Part shown: positions 17,929 through 27,641 of the stretch, in pieces
Layout of the letters: every line of letters starts with the position of its first letter
Position numbering within the stretch: position 1 is the first letter of the stretch
Assembly: GCA_963789395.1 (NCBI GenBank)
Contig: CAWBKP010000008.1
Location: 1-28,644, forward strand
Direction of reading: 5' to 3'
Origin: an uncultured delta proteobacterium
Lineage (GTDB): Bacteria > Desulfobacterota > Desulfobacteria > Desulfobacterales > Desulfatirhabdiaceae
Length of the DNA stretch: 28,644 nt
Translations under genes and position numbers: made by a program
Notes under the pieces: model-generated
Told to the model about the DNA's origin: nothing
Database searches by the model: none
The model's input: only the letters and a program-made list of their open reading frames with translations

Positions 17929-19074
17929 ATGTCCCTTAAACCCAAAGATAGCAAATCGATTCTGTTACTGGTTGCCGGCGCAAAAGGCGCCATCGGCTCA
18001 ACCCTTTCGGCAGCCGTTTCCCTGCTGAAACATCACCCGGAAAGTGTCCTGCCTTATCTGACAACTTCCGGAGATTTTTCCGAGCTTTTTTCTCAGGATG
18101 CGGTTCATCTTGCAGGTTGGGATGTCGCTGATCTTCCCATGACGGCAGCCATATCCCAGCACGGTGTACTGCCAAAGGCATTATGGGAACCTTACCGGGA
18201 TGAAATTGACCGGGTGAGGATTTTTTCTTCCCCAAACGCCGACCTGGATCGGGCGGCACAGGTTCAACAGATTATTCGGGATATGCAGTCTCTGCAAATC
18301 CGTTTTCCGGATGCATTGCCGGTTTTTATCAATCTGCTGCCGGCTTGCGCCGCGGAACCACCGGATGCGCCTGAAACCCTGCTACAGATCTATGACCATC
18401 CCGGCTTATCAGCGTTTCCGGATCTTTCATACGCACTGGCCGCCATTTCCTGCCGAATTCCGGTCGTAAACTTCACACCCAATCCCCTGGAATTCCCGGC
18501 AGTGATTCTGGAAGCTGAAAAAAACGGCGTCTGTATGGCGGGCCGTGACGGTAAAACCGGACAGACCTATTTCAAAGTGGTGATGGCATCGGCATTTAAA
18601 GCCAGAAACCTTCAGGTGGATGGGTGGTATAGCCTGAACATTCTGGGTAACGCCGATGGAAAGAATTTGATGGACCCCGAACGGGCGGCCGGTAAACTGG
18701 CCAATAAAACCGACCTTCTGGACGGCATTCTGGGATATCCGGTTGGAGAAAAGTATGGCACCCCGACTCACAAGGTTCATATCGACTACTATCCCCCCCG
18801 GGGCGATGCCAAGGAAGCCTGGGATGTTATCGATCTTATCGGTCTGTTTGATCTTCCGATGAGTATTCGCATCAATCTTCAGGGAAGGGATTCCATTCTG
18901 GCAGTCCCCCTGGTTCTGGATCTTGCCAGATGGATGGCGGCGCTTTCGGCGTCCGGCCGAAAAGGTCTGATTCCGGAGCTTGGCTTTTATTTTAAAAAAC
19001 CCATAGGAGACAGCCCGCCGCTGACCTTTCAGGATCAGCTCAATAGTCTGCAGGCGCTCGAAAAAACGCTTTGA
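17929..19074 (+). CDS. Myo-inositol-1(3)-phosphate synthase family protein
   Basis: Rossmann GAKGAIG, GWD, NFTP, GRDGKTGQT, SLNILGNADG, IDYYPPRGDAKEAWD, GRDSILAVPLVLDL, FYFKKP. Confidence 0.9.
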   Translation: MSLKPKDSKSILLLVAGAKGAIGSTLSAAVSLLKHHPESVLPYLTTSGDFSELFSQDAVHLAGWDVADLPMTAAISQHGVLPKALWEPYRDEIDRVRIFSSPNADLDRAAQVQQIIRDMQSLQIRFPDALPVFINLLPACAAEPPDAPETLLQIYDHPGLSAFPDLSYALAAISCRIPVVNFTPNPLEFPAVILEAEKNGVCMAGRDGKTGQTYFKVVMASAFKARNLQVDGWYSLNILGNADGKNLMDPERAAGKLANKTDLLDGILGYPVGEKYGTPTHKVHIDYYPPRGDAKEAWDVIDLIGLFDLPMSIRINLQGRDSILAVPLVLDLARWMAALSASGRKGLIPELGFYFKKPIGDSPPLTFQDQLNSLQALEKTL

Positions 19075-19116
19075 GTTTTCCCATAACCACCGATTGCAAG
19101 GAGACGATATCATTTC

Positions 19117-19977
19117 ATGATACTGGGTTACAGCACCAACGCTTTTGTCAAATACACACTGCCGGATTCACTGAAACGCATTGCTGGTCTGGGCTTTAAA
19201 GGGGTTGAAATCATGTGCGACCGGCCCCACCTCTATCCACCGGACTACCAGGGTTCGGATCTTTTGGAAATCAAGCATGCCATTGACCGTCTGGGCCTGA
19301 AAATTACGAATCTGAACAGCTTTACCTTGTTTGCCGTCGGCGATACGTATCTGCCGTCCTGGATTGAACCCGATCAACACCAGCGCAATATTCGGATTCA
19401 GCACACCCTGGCATGCCTCCGGATCGCAAAGGAACTTGGCTGCGGCAATATTTCTATCCCTCCCGGCGGCCCGTTGAACGGCACATCCCAGGCTGAAGCC
19501 GTCCGGCTTTTCCATCAGGGACTGGATCAGGTGATTCCGCTGGCCGAATCCCTGAACATCAAGCTGCTGATCGAGCCCGAACCGGACCTCTTGATGGAAA
19601 ATTCCGCTCAGTTCAAGGCATTTATTTGTGATATCCGATCTGCTGCGGTGGGGCTTAATTTTGATATCGGCCATTTTTTCTGCGCCGGAGAAGACCCGCA
19701 TGCGGCATTCGAGGATCTGTTTCAATGGATCGGGCATGTGCATATCGAGGATATCGCACCCACCCGGATTCACAATCACCTGATCGCAGGCCAGGGCGCC
19801 ATCAGATTTTCAAAGATTTTTGATGTCATGGCCCGGTTAAGATATGCCCGTGATATCAGTCTGGAGCTTTATCCCTACGTGGATATGCCGGAAGAGGCCG
19901 GCCGCAAAAGCCTTACCTGCCTGTTGCCATTGATGCGGGATGCCGGCCTTGCATTGGACAACGGCCGAACGGACTAA
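19117..19977 (+). CDS. Sugar-phosphate isomerase/epimerase (xylose-isomerase-like TIM barrel)
   Basis: LGYSTNAF, GVEI, metal-binding IEPEP, NFDIGH, HVHIED, HNHL..GQG, SLELY. Confidence 0.88.
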   Translation: MILGYSTNAFVKYTLPDSLKRIAGLGFKGVEIMCDRPHLYPPDYQGSDLLEIKHAIDRLGLKITNLNSFTLFAVGDTYLPSWIEPDQHQRNIRIQHTLACLRIAKELGCGNISIPPGGPLNGTSQAEAVRLFHQGLDQVIPLAESLNIKLLIEPEPDLLMENSAQFKAFICDIRSAAVGLNFDIGHFFCAGEDPHAAFEDLFQWIGHVHIEDIAPTRIHNHLIAGQGAIRFSKIFDVMARLRYARDISLELYPYVDMPEEAGRKSLTCLLPLMRDAGLALDNGRTD

Positions 19978-19983
19978 AGACCT

Positions 19984-20030
19984 GCGCCGGATTCCGGGTC
20001 AGGCCCGGAATGTCGGTGCTTTGTTTTTTT
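19984..20030 (+). terminator. Intrinsic terminator closing the MIPS-isomerase operon
   Basis: GCGCCGG ATTCCGGG tcagg CCCGGAAT g TCGGTGC followed by TTTGTTTTTTT. Confidence 0.7.
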
Positions 20031-20106
20031 CATCTCCGGGGGCGATCAGCCTGATCCAGAAAATTCAAGAGGATATCAGTTTTCAAGTTATAGAGGAGAG
20101 CATTAC

Positions 20107-20925
20107 ATGTCTTTTCCAAAAACGGTCTGGTTGAACGACCGCATGGAACGGGCCCGGCTGATTTCCCGGCTGACCCGTGAAAAACTGGCCACATACGGAT
20201 TTTACCAGGTGCCGGAAAATGAAAAAGTGCAGTATGTGCGCAGACATTTCAATACGGTTGCCGAATATTATGACATGATGAATACCATTCTGAGCTTCGG
20301 TATTCATCATGTGTGGAAGCGCGCCGCTGTTCGCGCGCTGAATTTGAAACCCGGAGACAGGGTTCTGGATGTCTGCGGCGGCACCGGGGATCTGTCCATC
20401 CTGGCGGCCGGAAAGGTGGGGCAAACCGGAGAGGTGATCCTGTATGACATCAACCGGGACATGATTCTGGCAGGGAAAAACCAGGAAAACCATCTTGCCA
20501 TTCGAAAGCGCATCCAGTATATTCAAGGCGATATTGAAGCCATTTCGTTTCCCGACAACAGCTTCGATACTGTGATGGTTGGCTTTGGAATCCGAAATGT
20601 CACCCGGATGGACAAGGGATTCAAGGAACTGTACCGGGTTCTGAAACCCGGGGGCAACATGATGTGTCTGGAATTTTCCAAGCCGGTGTCGCCGGTCTTC
20701 AGGTGGCTGTACGACATGTACTCATTCTACATCATGCCCTGGCTCGGCCAGTTGATTGCCGGATCCCGCTCTGCCTATATTCACCTGCCGGAAACCATCC
20801 GCCTGTTCCCGCTACCGGACGAACTTGCCGAACTGCTGGAAGGCATCGGCTTTAGAGATGTCACATTCGATAGACTGACCAACGGCATTGCTGTAATCCA
20901 CCTGGGCGTAAAACCCAAAAAATAG
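20107..20925 (+). CDS. ubiE: Demethylmenaquinone/ubiquinone C-methyltransferase UbiE/MenG
   Basis: FNTVAEYYDMMN.ILSFGIH..WK, SAM motif VLDVCGGTGD, FGIRNVT, RVLKPGG, LEFS. Confidence 0.93.
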   Translation: MSFPKTVWLNDRMERARLISRLTREKLATYGFYQVPENEKVQYVRRHFNTVAEYYDMMNTILSFGIHHVWKRAAVRALNLKPGDRVLDVCGGTGDLSILAAGKVGQTGEVILYDINRDMILAGKNQENHLAIRKRIQYIQGDIEAISFPDNSFDTVMVGFGIRNVTRMDKGFKELYRVLKPGGNMMCLEFSKPVSPVFRWLYDMYSFYIMPWLGQLIAGSRSAYIHLPETIRLFPLPDELAELLEGIGFRDVTFDRLTNGIAVIHLGVKPKK

Positions 20926-20981
20926 GCGATGGCAATGGGTAAAAAAGCCCATACGATTTGTGCCCATTGCCTATAGTCTAA
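20922..20981. repeat. Heptamer-periodic inverted repeat
   Basis: ATAGGCG ATGGCA ATGGGTA ... TGCCCAT TGCCTAT AGTCTAA; GGCAATGGG/CCCATTGCC form a 9-bp stem. Confidence 0.5.
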
Positions 20982-21008
20982 ATCCCGTTACCGTTTTAAG
21001 GAGTTGTT

Positions 21009-21905
21009 TTGAAAATCAAGTCAGATAAATTGGGCCGTAACAGCCTGTGTCCCTGCGGCAGCGGCCGGAAATATAAAAAATGCTGCGCGTCCAAGGCCCA
21101 GGAAACCGGAGCCCCCTCGATTCCGTTTCTCAAAAGTGAATACAGCCGGAAATACAAGATCCGCTTCAAAACCCCTGAAGATGTCGAAGGCATTCGAAAG
21201 GCCGGACGTCTGGCCCTGGACTCCCTGGATCTGGCCGAATCCATCATCCGTCCCGGTATCACCACGGAAGAAATCAATTCCCTGATTCACGAATTTACCG
21301 TTAAGAACAACGCCATTCCTGCGCCGCTCCATTACAGGGGATATCCCAAAAGCGTCTGCGTATCGGTGAATGAAGTGATCTGCCACGGCATCCCCGGCAG
21401 CCGCATCCTTCGGGACGGAGACATCGTGAATGTGGATGTCACGCCTATCCTGAACGGATATTATGCCGATGCCAACAAGACATTTTTTGTGGGAACTCCC
21501 GGACCCGACGCTCAAAAAATTGTCAACGTGACCCGGGAATGCCTGAGACAGGGCATGTCCATGGTACAACCCGGAAACACCACCGGCCACATCGGCTGGG
21601 CCATCCAGCAATATGCGGAAAGCCAGGGATGCTCGGTGGTCCGGGAATTTGTCGGACACGGTATCGGGTTTGAATTTCATGAACCACCGCAGATTCTTCA
21701 TTACGGACAGAAAGGCGACGGCTTTTTGCTGTTGCCGGGCATGGTCTTTACCATTGAACCCATGATCAATTTCGGCGCCCGGTTTTTACGTATTCTTGAG
21801 GACAAATGGACGGCCGTGACAGAAGACGGAAAGCTCTCGGCACAGTTTGAACAGACCCTTCTGGTCACGGAAGACGGATATGAAAGTCTGACGCCGTTTG
21901 ATTGA
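21009..21905 (+). CDS. map: Type I methionine aminopeptidase with N-terminal SEC-C zinc motif
   Basis: [62 protein letters not shown] start after AAGGAG. Confidence 0.95.
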   Translation: MKIKSDKLGRNSLCPCGSGRKYKKCCASKAQETGAPSIPFLKSEYSRKYKIRFKTPEDVEGIRKAGRLALDSLDLAESIIRPGITTEEINSLIHEFTVKNNAIPAPLHYRGYPKSVCVSVNEVICHGIPGSRILRDGDIVNVDVTPILNGYYADANKTFFVGTPGPDAQKIVNVTRECLRQGMSMVQPGNTTGHIGWAIQQYAESQGCSVVREFVGHGIGFEFHEPPQILHYGQKGDGFLLLPGMVFTIEPMINFGARFLRILEDKWTAVTEDGKLSAQFEQTLLVTEDGYESLTPFD

Positions 21906-21986
21906 GACATCCTATTTCCGCAACACCATACGCCAGGGACCACTGGATGCTCTCTCCAGGAAGGACCCGAAATGGCCAAAAGCCAG

Positions 21987-23345
21987 TCATTGAATGATCT
22001 GAACTGACTGGAGCCTATCCAGCAGCGAACCGCTTCGGCCTCCTTTTCCCAGATCCAGATCCGTTACCGCAACCCGGTTGATTTTGTAGGTCAACTCCTG
22101 ATCACCATCGGGAGCCCGGTATGCCCAGGTTTCATGAATGGCATACGGCTCAGAGCCCTCTATCCCCAGATACAGCATGATATGGCCTTTCAGGTAAAGC
22201 GTGGTGTTTCCCCCGGTGGCCTGTTCCAGACTGCGAATCTTGATATATTCCGGCGTGTTCGAATCAAATTCGGCAACCCGTTTTCCAACCATCGCCTGAT
22301 CCAGTGAATTCCGGGGGAAATTCACCCCCACGGTTGCAAAGACCTGCTGGATAAACCGGGAACAGTCCTGCTCGCCATACATGCCTCCCCAGCCATACGG
22401 GGCATTGAGCATTTCAAATGCCTGCTGAATGACATTTCGGGCCGTGTAGGGAAGAAATCCCTCGCTGGCCAGCTTTTTTTGAACAAAGCCTTGCTGCCTG
22501 ACAAGATAGCCCTGAGAATCCCGGGTCGGAATCAGGACTTTAAATGCATTTTCCGTTGTCTCAATCAATGGCAGCCGGACACCCATCTGCACATATTCTT
22601 CGGCGTAATTCAGCGCCGGGTTCAGGTAAATATCCGCTTTGGGCCGGAGAATCACCACGAAGCGCTCCGGATGCATGAACGCTTCCAGAGCCTCTATCGA
22701 GCACCTGGCAATATTACGGGATTCCACCCATCCGGAGCTGGATGGGGAACGGACATATGTCCAGTTGAGATCCCAGGTCCGATACAGGAGCAGCAGCGGG
22801 GTTCCCAGCTCGAGGGTGTTGTTTTGAAGATTGTCAAAATCCACTTCGGATGGATCGGCATAAAGCGGCCCCAGGGTCGGCAATATCCGTTGATCCGAGA
22901 ACCGGACAACGACTCCGTAACCCGGATTGACGACGGACGGCATGGCAGCAATGTCCATGTAGTCCGCAAAATGGGCAAAAAATTCACCGGAGGCACGGCG
23001 GCCGGATGCCAGATATCGGGGACTGGCCTGCAGACGGAGGAGATCTTTTTGCATGACAGCGGCAAGATCCCTGCCGGAATACGGCACTGGAATTCGGGTG
23101 ATATCGGTTACGGTTTTCAGATCTTTTTCAATGTGGCGGTTCAGTTCGGCGATCTGTAGCGCGGTCATAATCAGGGCATCCGGGGATGGATGGCGACTGA
23201 TCCAGAAGCCTGCGGTCAGCATGCTACGGTCGGTACCCGGCAAAAGGGTTGGTGCGGCAACCAGTTTCTGGCTTTTCGCACAACCGGAGAAGATAAAAAG
23301 GAGCATCAGGCAACAAACAGACTGAAATTGCATTTTGCATTTCAT
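21987..23345 (-). CDS. SH3/NlpC-P60 cell-wall peptidase lipoprotein
   Basis: Lipobox FSGC, PYGWGG, catalytic DCS, FPRNS, GHIMLY, IHE; GGAGG RBS before ATG 23345. Confidence 0.9.
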   Translation of the reverse strand: MKCKMQFQSVCCLMLLFIFSGCAKSQKLVAAPTLLPGTDRSMLTAGFWISRHPSPDALIMTALQIAELNRHIEKDLKTVTDITRIPVPYSGRDLAAVMQKDLLRLQASPRYLASGRRASGEFFAHFADYMDIAAMPSVVNPGYGVVVRFSDQRILPTLGPLYADPSEVDFDNLQNNTLELGTPLLLLYRTWDLNWTYVRSPSSSGWVESRNIARCSIEALEAFMHPERFVVILRPKADIYLNPALNYAEEYVQMGVRLPLIETTENAFKVLIPTRDSQGYLVRQQGFVQKKLASEGFLPYTARNVIQQAFEMLNAPYGWGGMYGEQDCSRFIQQVFATVGVNFPRNSLDQAMVGKRVAEFDSNTPEYIKIRSLEQATGGNTTLYLKGHIMLYLGIEGSEPYAIHETWAYRAPDGDQELTYKINRVAVTDLDLGKGGRSGSLLDRLQSVQIIQ

Positions 23346-23479
23346 GGGTAATCGCCCTCCAATGTAGATGGAAAAGGAAAGGTTTTCCAAGGAGAAAGAT
23401 TATAGCATACGGGGGAATATGGGTCGATGGTTTTGATAGAAAAGCCGATGGGTGAGGAATCTAAGCCCTGAAGAATACG

Positions 23480-23512
23480 AAAAGGCCCCCGCAAAAAATG
23501 GGGGCCTTTTTT
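23480..23512 (-). terminator. Intrinsic terminator after the symporter
   Basis: AAAAGGCCCCC gcaaaaaat GGGGGCCTTTTTT, with A/T tracts on both sides. Confidence 0.8.
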
Positions 23513-23524
23513 AACACGCTTTTA

Positions 23525-25102
23525 TTAAGCTTTTACATCCGAGGAGTGAATCTGTTTCATGAATAGATTCACATCCGCTGGAACTTTTCCATCTATTTTG
23601 GAGACAAGGTAAACCGTCAGAAATGCCAGCGGAACGGTAACCAGACCGGGAATTCTCCACTGCATCCATACCGGCAGGCTCTTTACAAAGAAAATCATGT
23701 ATATGGAAGATGCAAGGCCCATCACCATTCCCCAGATGGCGCCCTTTTCCGTCATGCCGCGCCACCAGACTCCCAGCAGGAAGATCGGAGCAAAGGTACT
23801 GGCAGCCACATTAAATGCCAGCCCTACCAGATGGCCGATGGCCGCCTTTTCGCACATCAGGCCGAGGATACCGTAAATAACGCCGATGATGACAACCGAT
23901 ACTTTGCCGGCAACAACCCGCTGTTTTTCCGTGGAAGTCTTGTTGATAAAATGGGTGTAAAGGTCATGACCCAATGCACCGGAACAGGCAATGAAAAGGC
24001 CGGAAAGATTCGAGAACACCGCGGCAAAAGCGCCTGCGACAACAATTCCCAGCAGCCACCTTCCGCCGACAATATCCGCAACCGTGGGGACGACCATATT
24101 CTGCCCGCCGGTGATGAAAGCCTTGAAGTCAACTGCAGAAAGCGTTCCGGCCTTGGCCCCTTCCAGGAACAAAAACCGGCCAACCGAACCCAGATACAAG
24201 GCGATCGCAAAAAAAAGACTGGCGATGACAATGGCGAACAAGGCGGAATATCTGGCTTCCTTGGCGGACGGGTTGGTATAGAACCGCAGCAGAATATGGG
24301 GCAGCCCCATTGTGCCCAGGGACAGACCGATCACCATGGAAATGGTGCCAGTCACGTCCTTGAAGATACCACCGCCCACAGTAGACCATTTGGCGCCGTT
24401 GAAAACGATGTCGGCACTGTCTTTGGTGTAAGCGCCGGAACCGGGAACCGCGCCAATCCAGGTTTGAATCAATTCCAGAACCTTGCCGTAATGAAGACCC
24501 ATATAGATAGCGCCCGCAAAAAGCGCTAGAAACGCGCCGAAACGAATCCAGATCTCCAGGGCCTGGTTCACGGTGGTTCCTTTCATCCCGCCCACGCCCA
24601 CATAAAAGATCATGACCACACAAATCATGATCACCCCGGCTTCATAGGAGGTGCCGAAAAAGAGCTGCAGAATCTGGGCGCCGCCTAAAATCTGGGGAGC
24701 GGCATAAAAACCGGAAATCGATAAGACCACGACCACGGCAAACAACCGGGCTGATGGACTGTGGAATCTTTCCGCCAAAAAGTCGGGAACGGTGAATTTT
24801 CCGAATTTCCGAAGCGGGCCGGCAATAAACAGGGCCAGAATGGTCAGGCCGATTGAAAAACAAAACGTGTAGAAGATTCCGTCATAGCCCAGAGCAAAGG
24901 TCAATCCGGCCAGGCCAAGGAAAGTGGCGGCGCTGAGGTAATCTCCGGCAATGGCGGAACCGTTCAGAAACCAGCCGAAACTGCGGCCGCCAACATAGAA
25001 ATCAACCGTGCTGGTGGCATATTTTTTGGTCGCATACGTAATGACAACGATCGTTATCAACAATAATATTGTAAATAAATATTTGGGTTCGAGGAATTCC
25101 AT
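23525..25102 (-). CDS. Sodium:solute symporter, ActP-like cation/carboxylate permease
   Basis: DFYVGGRS, NGSAIAGDYLSAATFLG, GKFTVPDF, GGMKGTT, LGTMGLPHILLRFYT; many TM helices. Confidence 0.92.
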   Translation of the reverse strand: MEFLEPKYLFTILLLITIVVITYATKKYATSTVDFYVGGRSFGWFLNGSAIAGDYLSAATFLGLAGLTFALGYDGIFYTFCFSIGLTILALFIAGPLRKFGKFTVPDFLAERFHSPSARLFAVVVVLSISGFYAAPQILGGAQILQLFFGTSYEAGVIMICVVMIFYVGVGGMKGTTVNQALEIWIRFGAFLALFAGAIYMGLHYGKVLELIQTWIGAVPGSGAYTKDSADIVFNGAKWSTVGGGIFKDVTGTISMVIGLSLGTMGLPHILLRFYTNPSAKEARYSALFAIVIASLFFAIALYLGSVGRFLFLEGAKAGTLSAVDFKAFITGGQNMVVPTVADIVGGRWLLGIVVAGAFAAVFSNLSGLFIACSGALGHDLYTHFINKTSTEKQRVVAGKVSVVIIGVIYGILGLMCEKAAIGHLVGLAFNVAASTFAPIFLLGVWWRGMTEKGAIWGMVMGLASSIYMIFFVKSLPVWMQWRIPGLVTVPLAFLTVYLVSKIDGKVPADVNLFMKQIHSSDVKA

Positions 25103-25105
25103 AAT

Positions 25106-25423
25106 TTAGGCTACCCCCTGATTTTTTGAGTTTTCCAGGACTCTTTTCTGATAGTAAAATACATGCACCCACGCAACCAATGATGCAACGGCCAACGACA
25201 CCAGTGAGGTGGCAAACCAGGTAACGGTCATGCCCCCCCAGAGTTTGGTTTTCATGAAATCCGGGGCTGTAAAGTTCAGAATGGTCACTGTAAACACGAA
25301 TACATAGTAAATACTGCTCAGAATCACGCTGATCCTGAGCTCTTCACTCATGTTTTTGGCTGTCTCCGCATCCAGCGGGGGCAAATCCTTGTAGTCAATG
25401 GTCCCAACTTTTTCAATGGCCAA
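25106..25423 (-). CDS. DUF485 (YjcH-like) small membrane partner of the symporter
   Basis: Two TM helices, GGAGG RBS, immediately upstream of the ActP-like gene as in acs-yjcH-actP. Confidence 0.75.
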   Translation of the reverse strand: MAIEKVGTIDYKDLPPLDAETAKNMSEELRISVILSSIYYVFVFTVTILNFTAPDFMKTKLWGGMTVTWFATSLVSLAVASLVAWVHVFYYQKRVLENSKNQGVA

Positions 25424-25515
25424 AATGTCTCCTCCTCTCTTTTTAGGTTAAGATGAAACTCTGGTTAGGATGAAAAAAAGTCCGTTCGAAATTGAGCAAA
25501 TTCGAGTTGAGTCAA

Positions 25516-27144
25516 TTATTTCTTCCCCCATTCGGCGTTTCGCAGTTCCACCCGGCGGATTTTTCCGCTGACGGTTTTGGGAAGCGCGGTGACAAAATCA
25601 ATCTTTCTGGGGTATTTATACGGGGCCGTCACTTTCTTCACATGTTCCTGAAGTTCCTTGGCCAAAGCCTCGCTGGCGGTAAACCCCGGGGCCAGAATGA
25701 CAAAGGCCTTGACCACTTCACCCCGGGTTTCATCCGGGCTGGAAACCACCGCGGATTCCGCAACCGCCGGGTGCTCGATCAGCGCGCTTTCCACTTCAAA
25801 CGGCCCGATCCGGTAGCCGGAGGTCAGAATCACGTCATCGGCACGGCCCACAAACCAGAAATACCCGTCCTCGTCCCGGTAGGCTCTATCGCCGGTCAGA
25901 TACCAGTCGCCCTTGAACGCATTGGCGGTTCTTTCCGGCTCTTTCCAGTATTCCTTGAAAAGGCCAAGGGGCCGGACCGGTTTGACGCGAACCGCAATGT
26001 CTCCCTCTGTATTGGCGAGGAACAATGGCACCGTCATTGTCAACAACCTGAAGGTCAAAGCCCGGTGTGGGTTTTCCCATGGACCCGAACCGAGGTTCAA
26101 TGCAGGGAAAACTGCCGCACAAAAGCACAGTCTCGGTCTGGCCGTAACCATCGCGGATCGTACAGCCTGTCGCTTTTTTCCAGACCTCAATGATTTCTGG
26201 ATTCAGGGGCTCACCCGCACCCACGCAGTGACGAAGGGTCGGGAATTTATAATCGGAAAGCGGCTGAAGCACCAGCATGCGGTAAATGGTCGGTGCCCCG
26301 CACATGGTCGTAACCGGATACTGGGACAGCAGCTCAAGGGTCTTCTTGGGATCAAAGCGGTCCGTGCAGTGAACAAACTGGGCCGCGCCGCAGAACCAGG
26401 GGCCGAAATAACTGCTCCAGGCAGCCTTGGCCCAGCCGGTATCACTGATGTTCCAGTGCATGTCCTCGGGGGAAAGATCCAGCCAGTACTTGCCGGTAAC
26501 CTGATGGCCCAGCGGATAGGAAGTATGCGTATGAAGCGCCATTTTGGGAAATCCGACCGTGCCGGAAGTAAAATACACGATGGCTTCTTCGTCTTTTGCG
26601 GTCTTGGCGGTCTCAAATACGTCCGAAGCAGCGCCCACAACCTGGGTATAATCCAGCCAGCCGTCCCGGCTGCCGCCGATCACCAGCTTGCATTTCAGGG
26701 TCGGACACTTGTCAGCGATGGCATCAAGCTTGGGCGCATTGCCGTTGTCCGTGATAAAGCAGGCGGCCTTAGCCGTATTGATCCGATATTCCAAATCCTT
26801 GGAGGTCAGCTGCGTGGTTCCCGGCGCAATGACGACGCCCATGCGGATACAGGCCGTAAAAACTTCCCACCACTCGATCGAGCGGCCCAGAACAATGATC
26901 ACCACATCGCCCCGTTTCACCCCCTGCTGGGACAGCACATTACAGAGCCTCTTGGATGCCTTGCTGAAATCCATAAACGTCCGCTTGGCTTCCAGACCAT
27001 CGTCATTCACCCAGTGCATCGCCAGCTTGTTCGGATCCTGGCCGCCCATTTGTCAATAACATCGCCTGCAAAATTGAAATACTCCGGCACTTCCCATTTG
27101 AATTCAGCATAAGTCTTGTCATAATCCGTCATGTTGTGCGTCAT
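25516..27144 (-). CDS. Short/medium-chain acyl-CoA synthetase (ACSM-like); two compensating frameshifts (~27041 and ~26018)
   Basis: Start [33 protein letters not shown] after [60 protein letters not shown]. The span is 1629 nt, about 542 aa. Confidence 0.92.
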
Positions 27145-27424
27145 GGTTCTCCCCTTCTTTTGGCCGGATCAATCACGAACTTGGCCAGTTTGTAAATTTG
27201 CATAAAAAACACTGACTGGTATTTACAGGTGCCAAGCGCCACTGTCACCTCTTCTGTCCTGGATTCCATTTTCGGCAAGATTCTCATCAAGAGTTATTTC
27301 CAAGAGGTTCCGACACTTGCAGGTAATATGTAGCCATAAAATAGCCGCATAACAACTCAATAAAATTCATCTTTATTATGACAACAGGGTCTTACAAATC
27401 ATTTATTGGAATCTATAACATTAC

Positions 27425-27446
27425 ATTGAACGAGCGCTCAGTCAAT
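27425..27446. promoter_or_regulatory. Palindromic operator candidate (TetR-type)
   Basis: ATTGAACGAGCGCTCAGTCAAT, 18/22 self-complementary, just downstream of the predicted minus-strand promoter. Confidence 0.6.
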
Positions 27447-27460
27447 TTTAAAGTTGCAAT

Positions 27461-27489
27461 TTTTTAGCCCAAATATAAATTCTTGTCAA
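27461..27489 (-). promoter_or_regulatory. Putative sigma70 promoter of the acyl-CoA synthetase operon
   Basis: Minus strand TTGACA (27489-27484) - 17 nt - TAAAAA (27466-27461). Confidence 0.55.
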
Positions 27490-27641
27490 CTTATTTTTAA
27501 AGACACCAATATTTAAATTAAATTCAGCAAATCAGCGTTTGCATTCCGAAAACAATTGTATCATATATGGATTAAATATTGAATTTACAGGGGCTTCACA
27601 CCCTCGACTGGGCGCCGGGTGAATTCATGGATACGGCACCG

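Noticed and set aside
19977..20925. ubiE as third gene of the inositol operon (methyl-inositol pathway)
   Set aside because: A strong terminator at 19984-20030 separates them, and the protein has canonical UbiE/MenG motifs.
27579..27641. N-terminal 21 codons of the 27579 ORF as a real rfaE2 start
   Set aside because: No RBS, no similarity to the conserved VFTNGC segment, and it coincides with the suspected chimeric junction.
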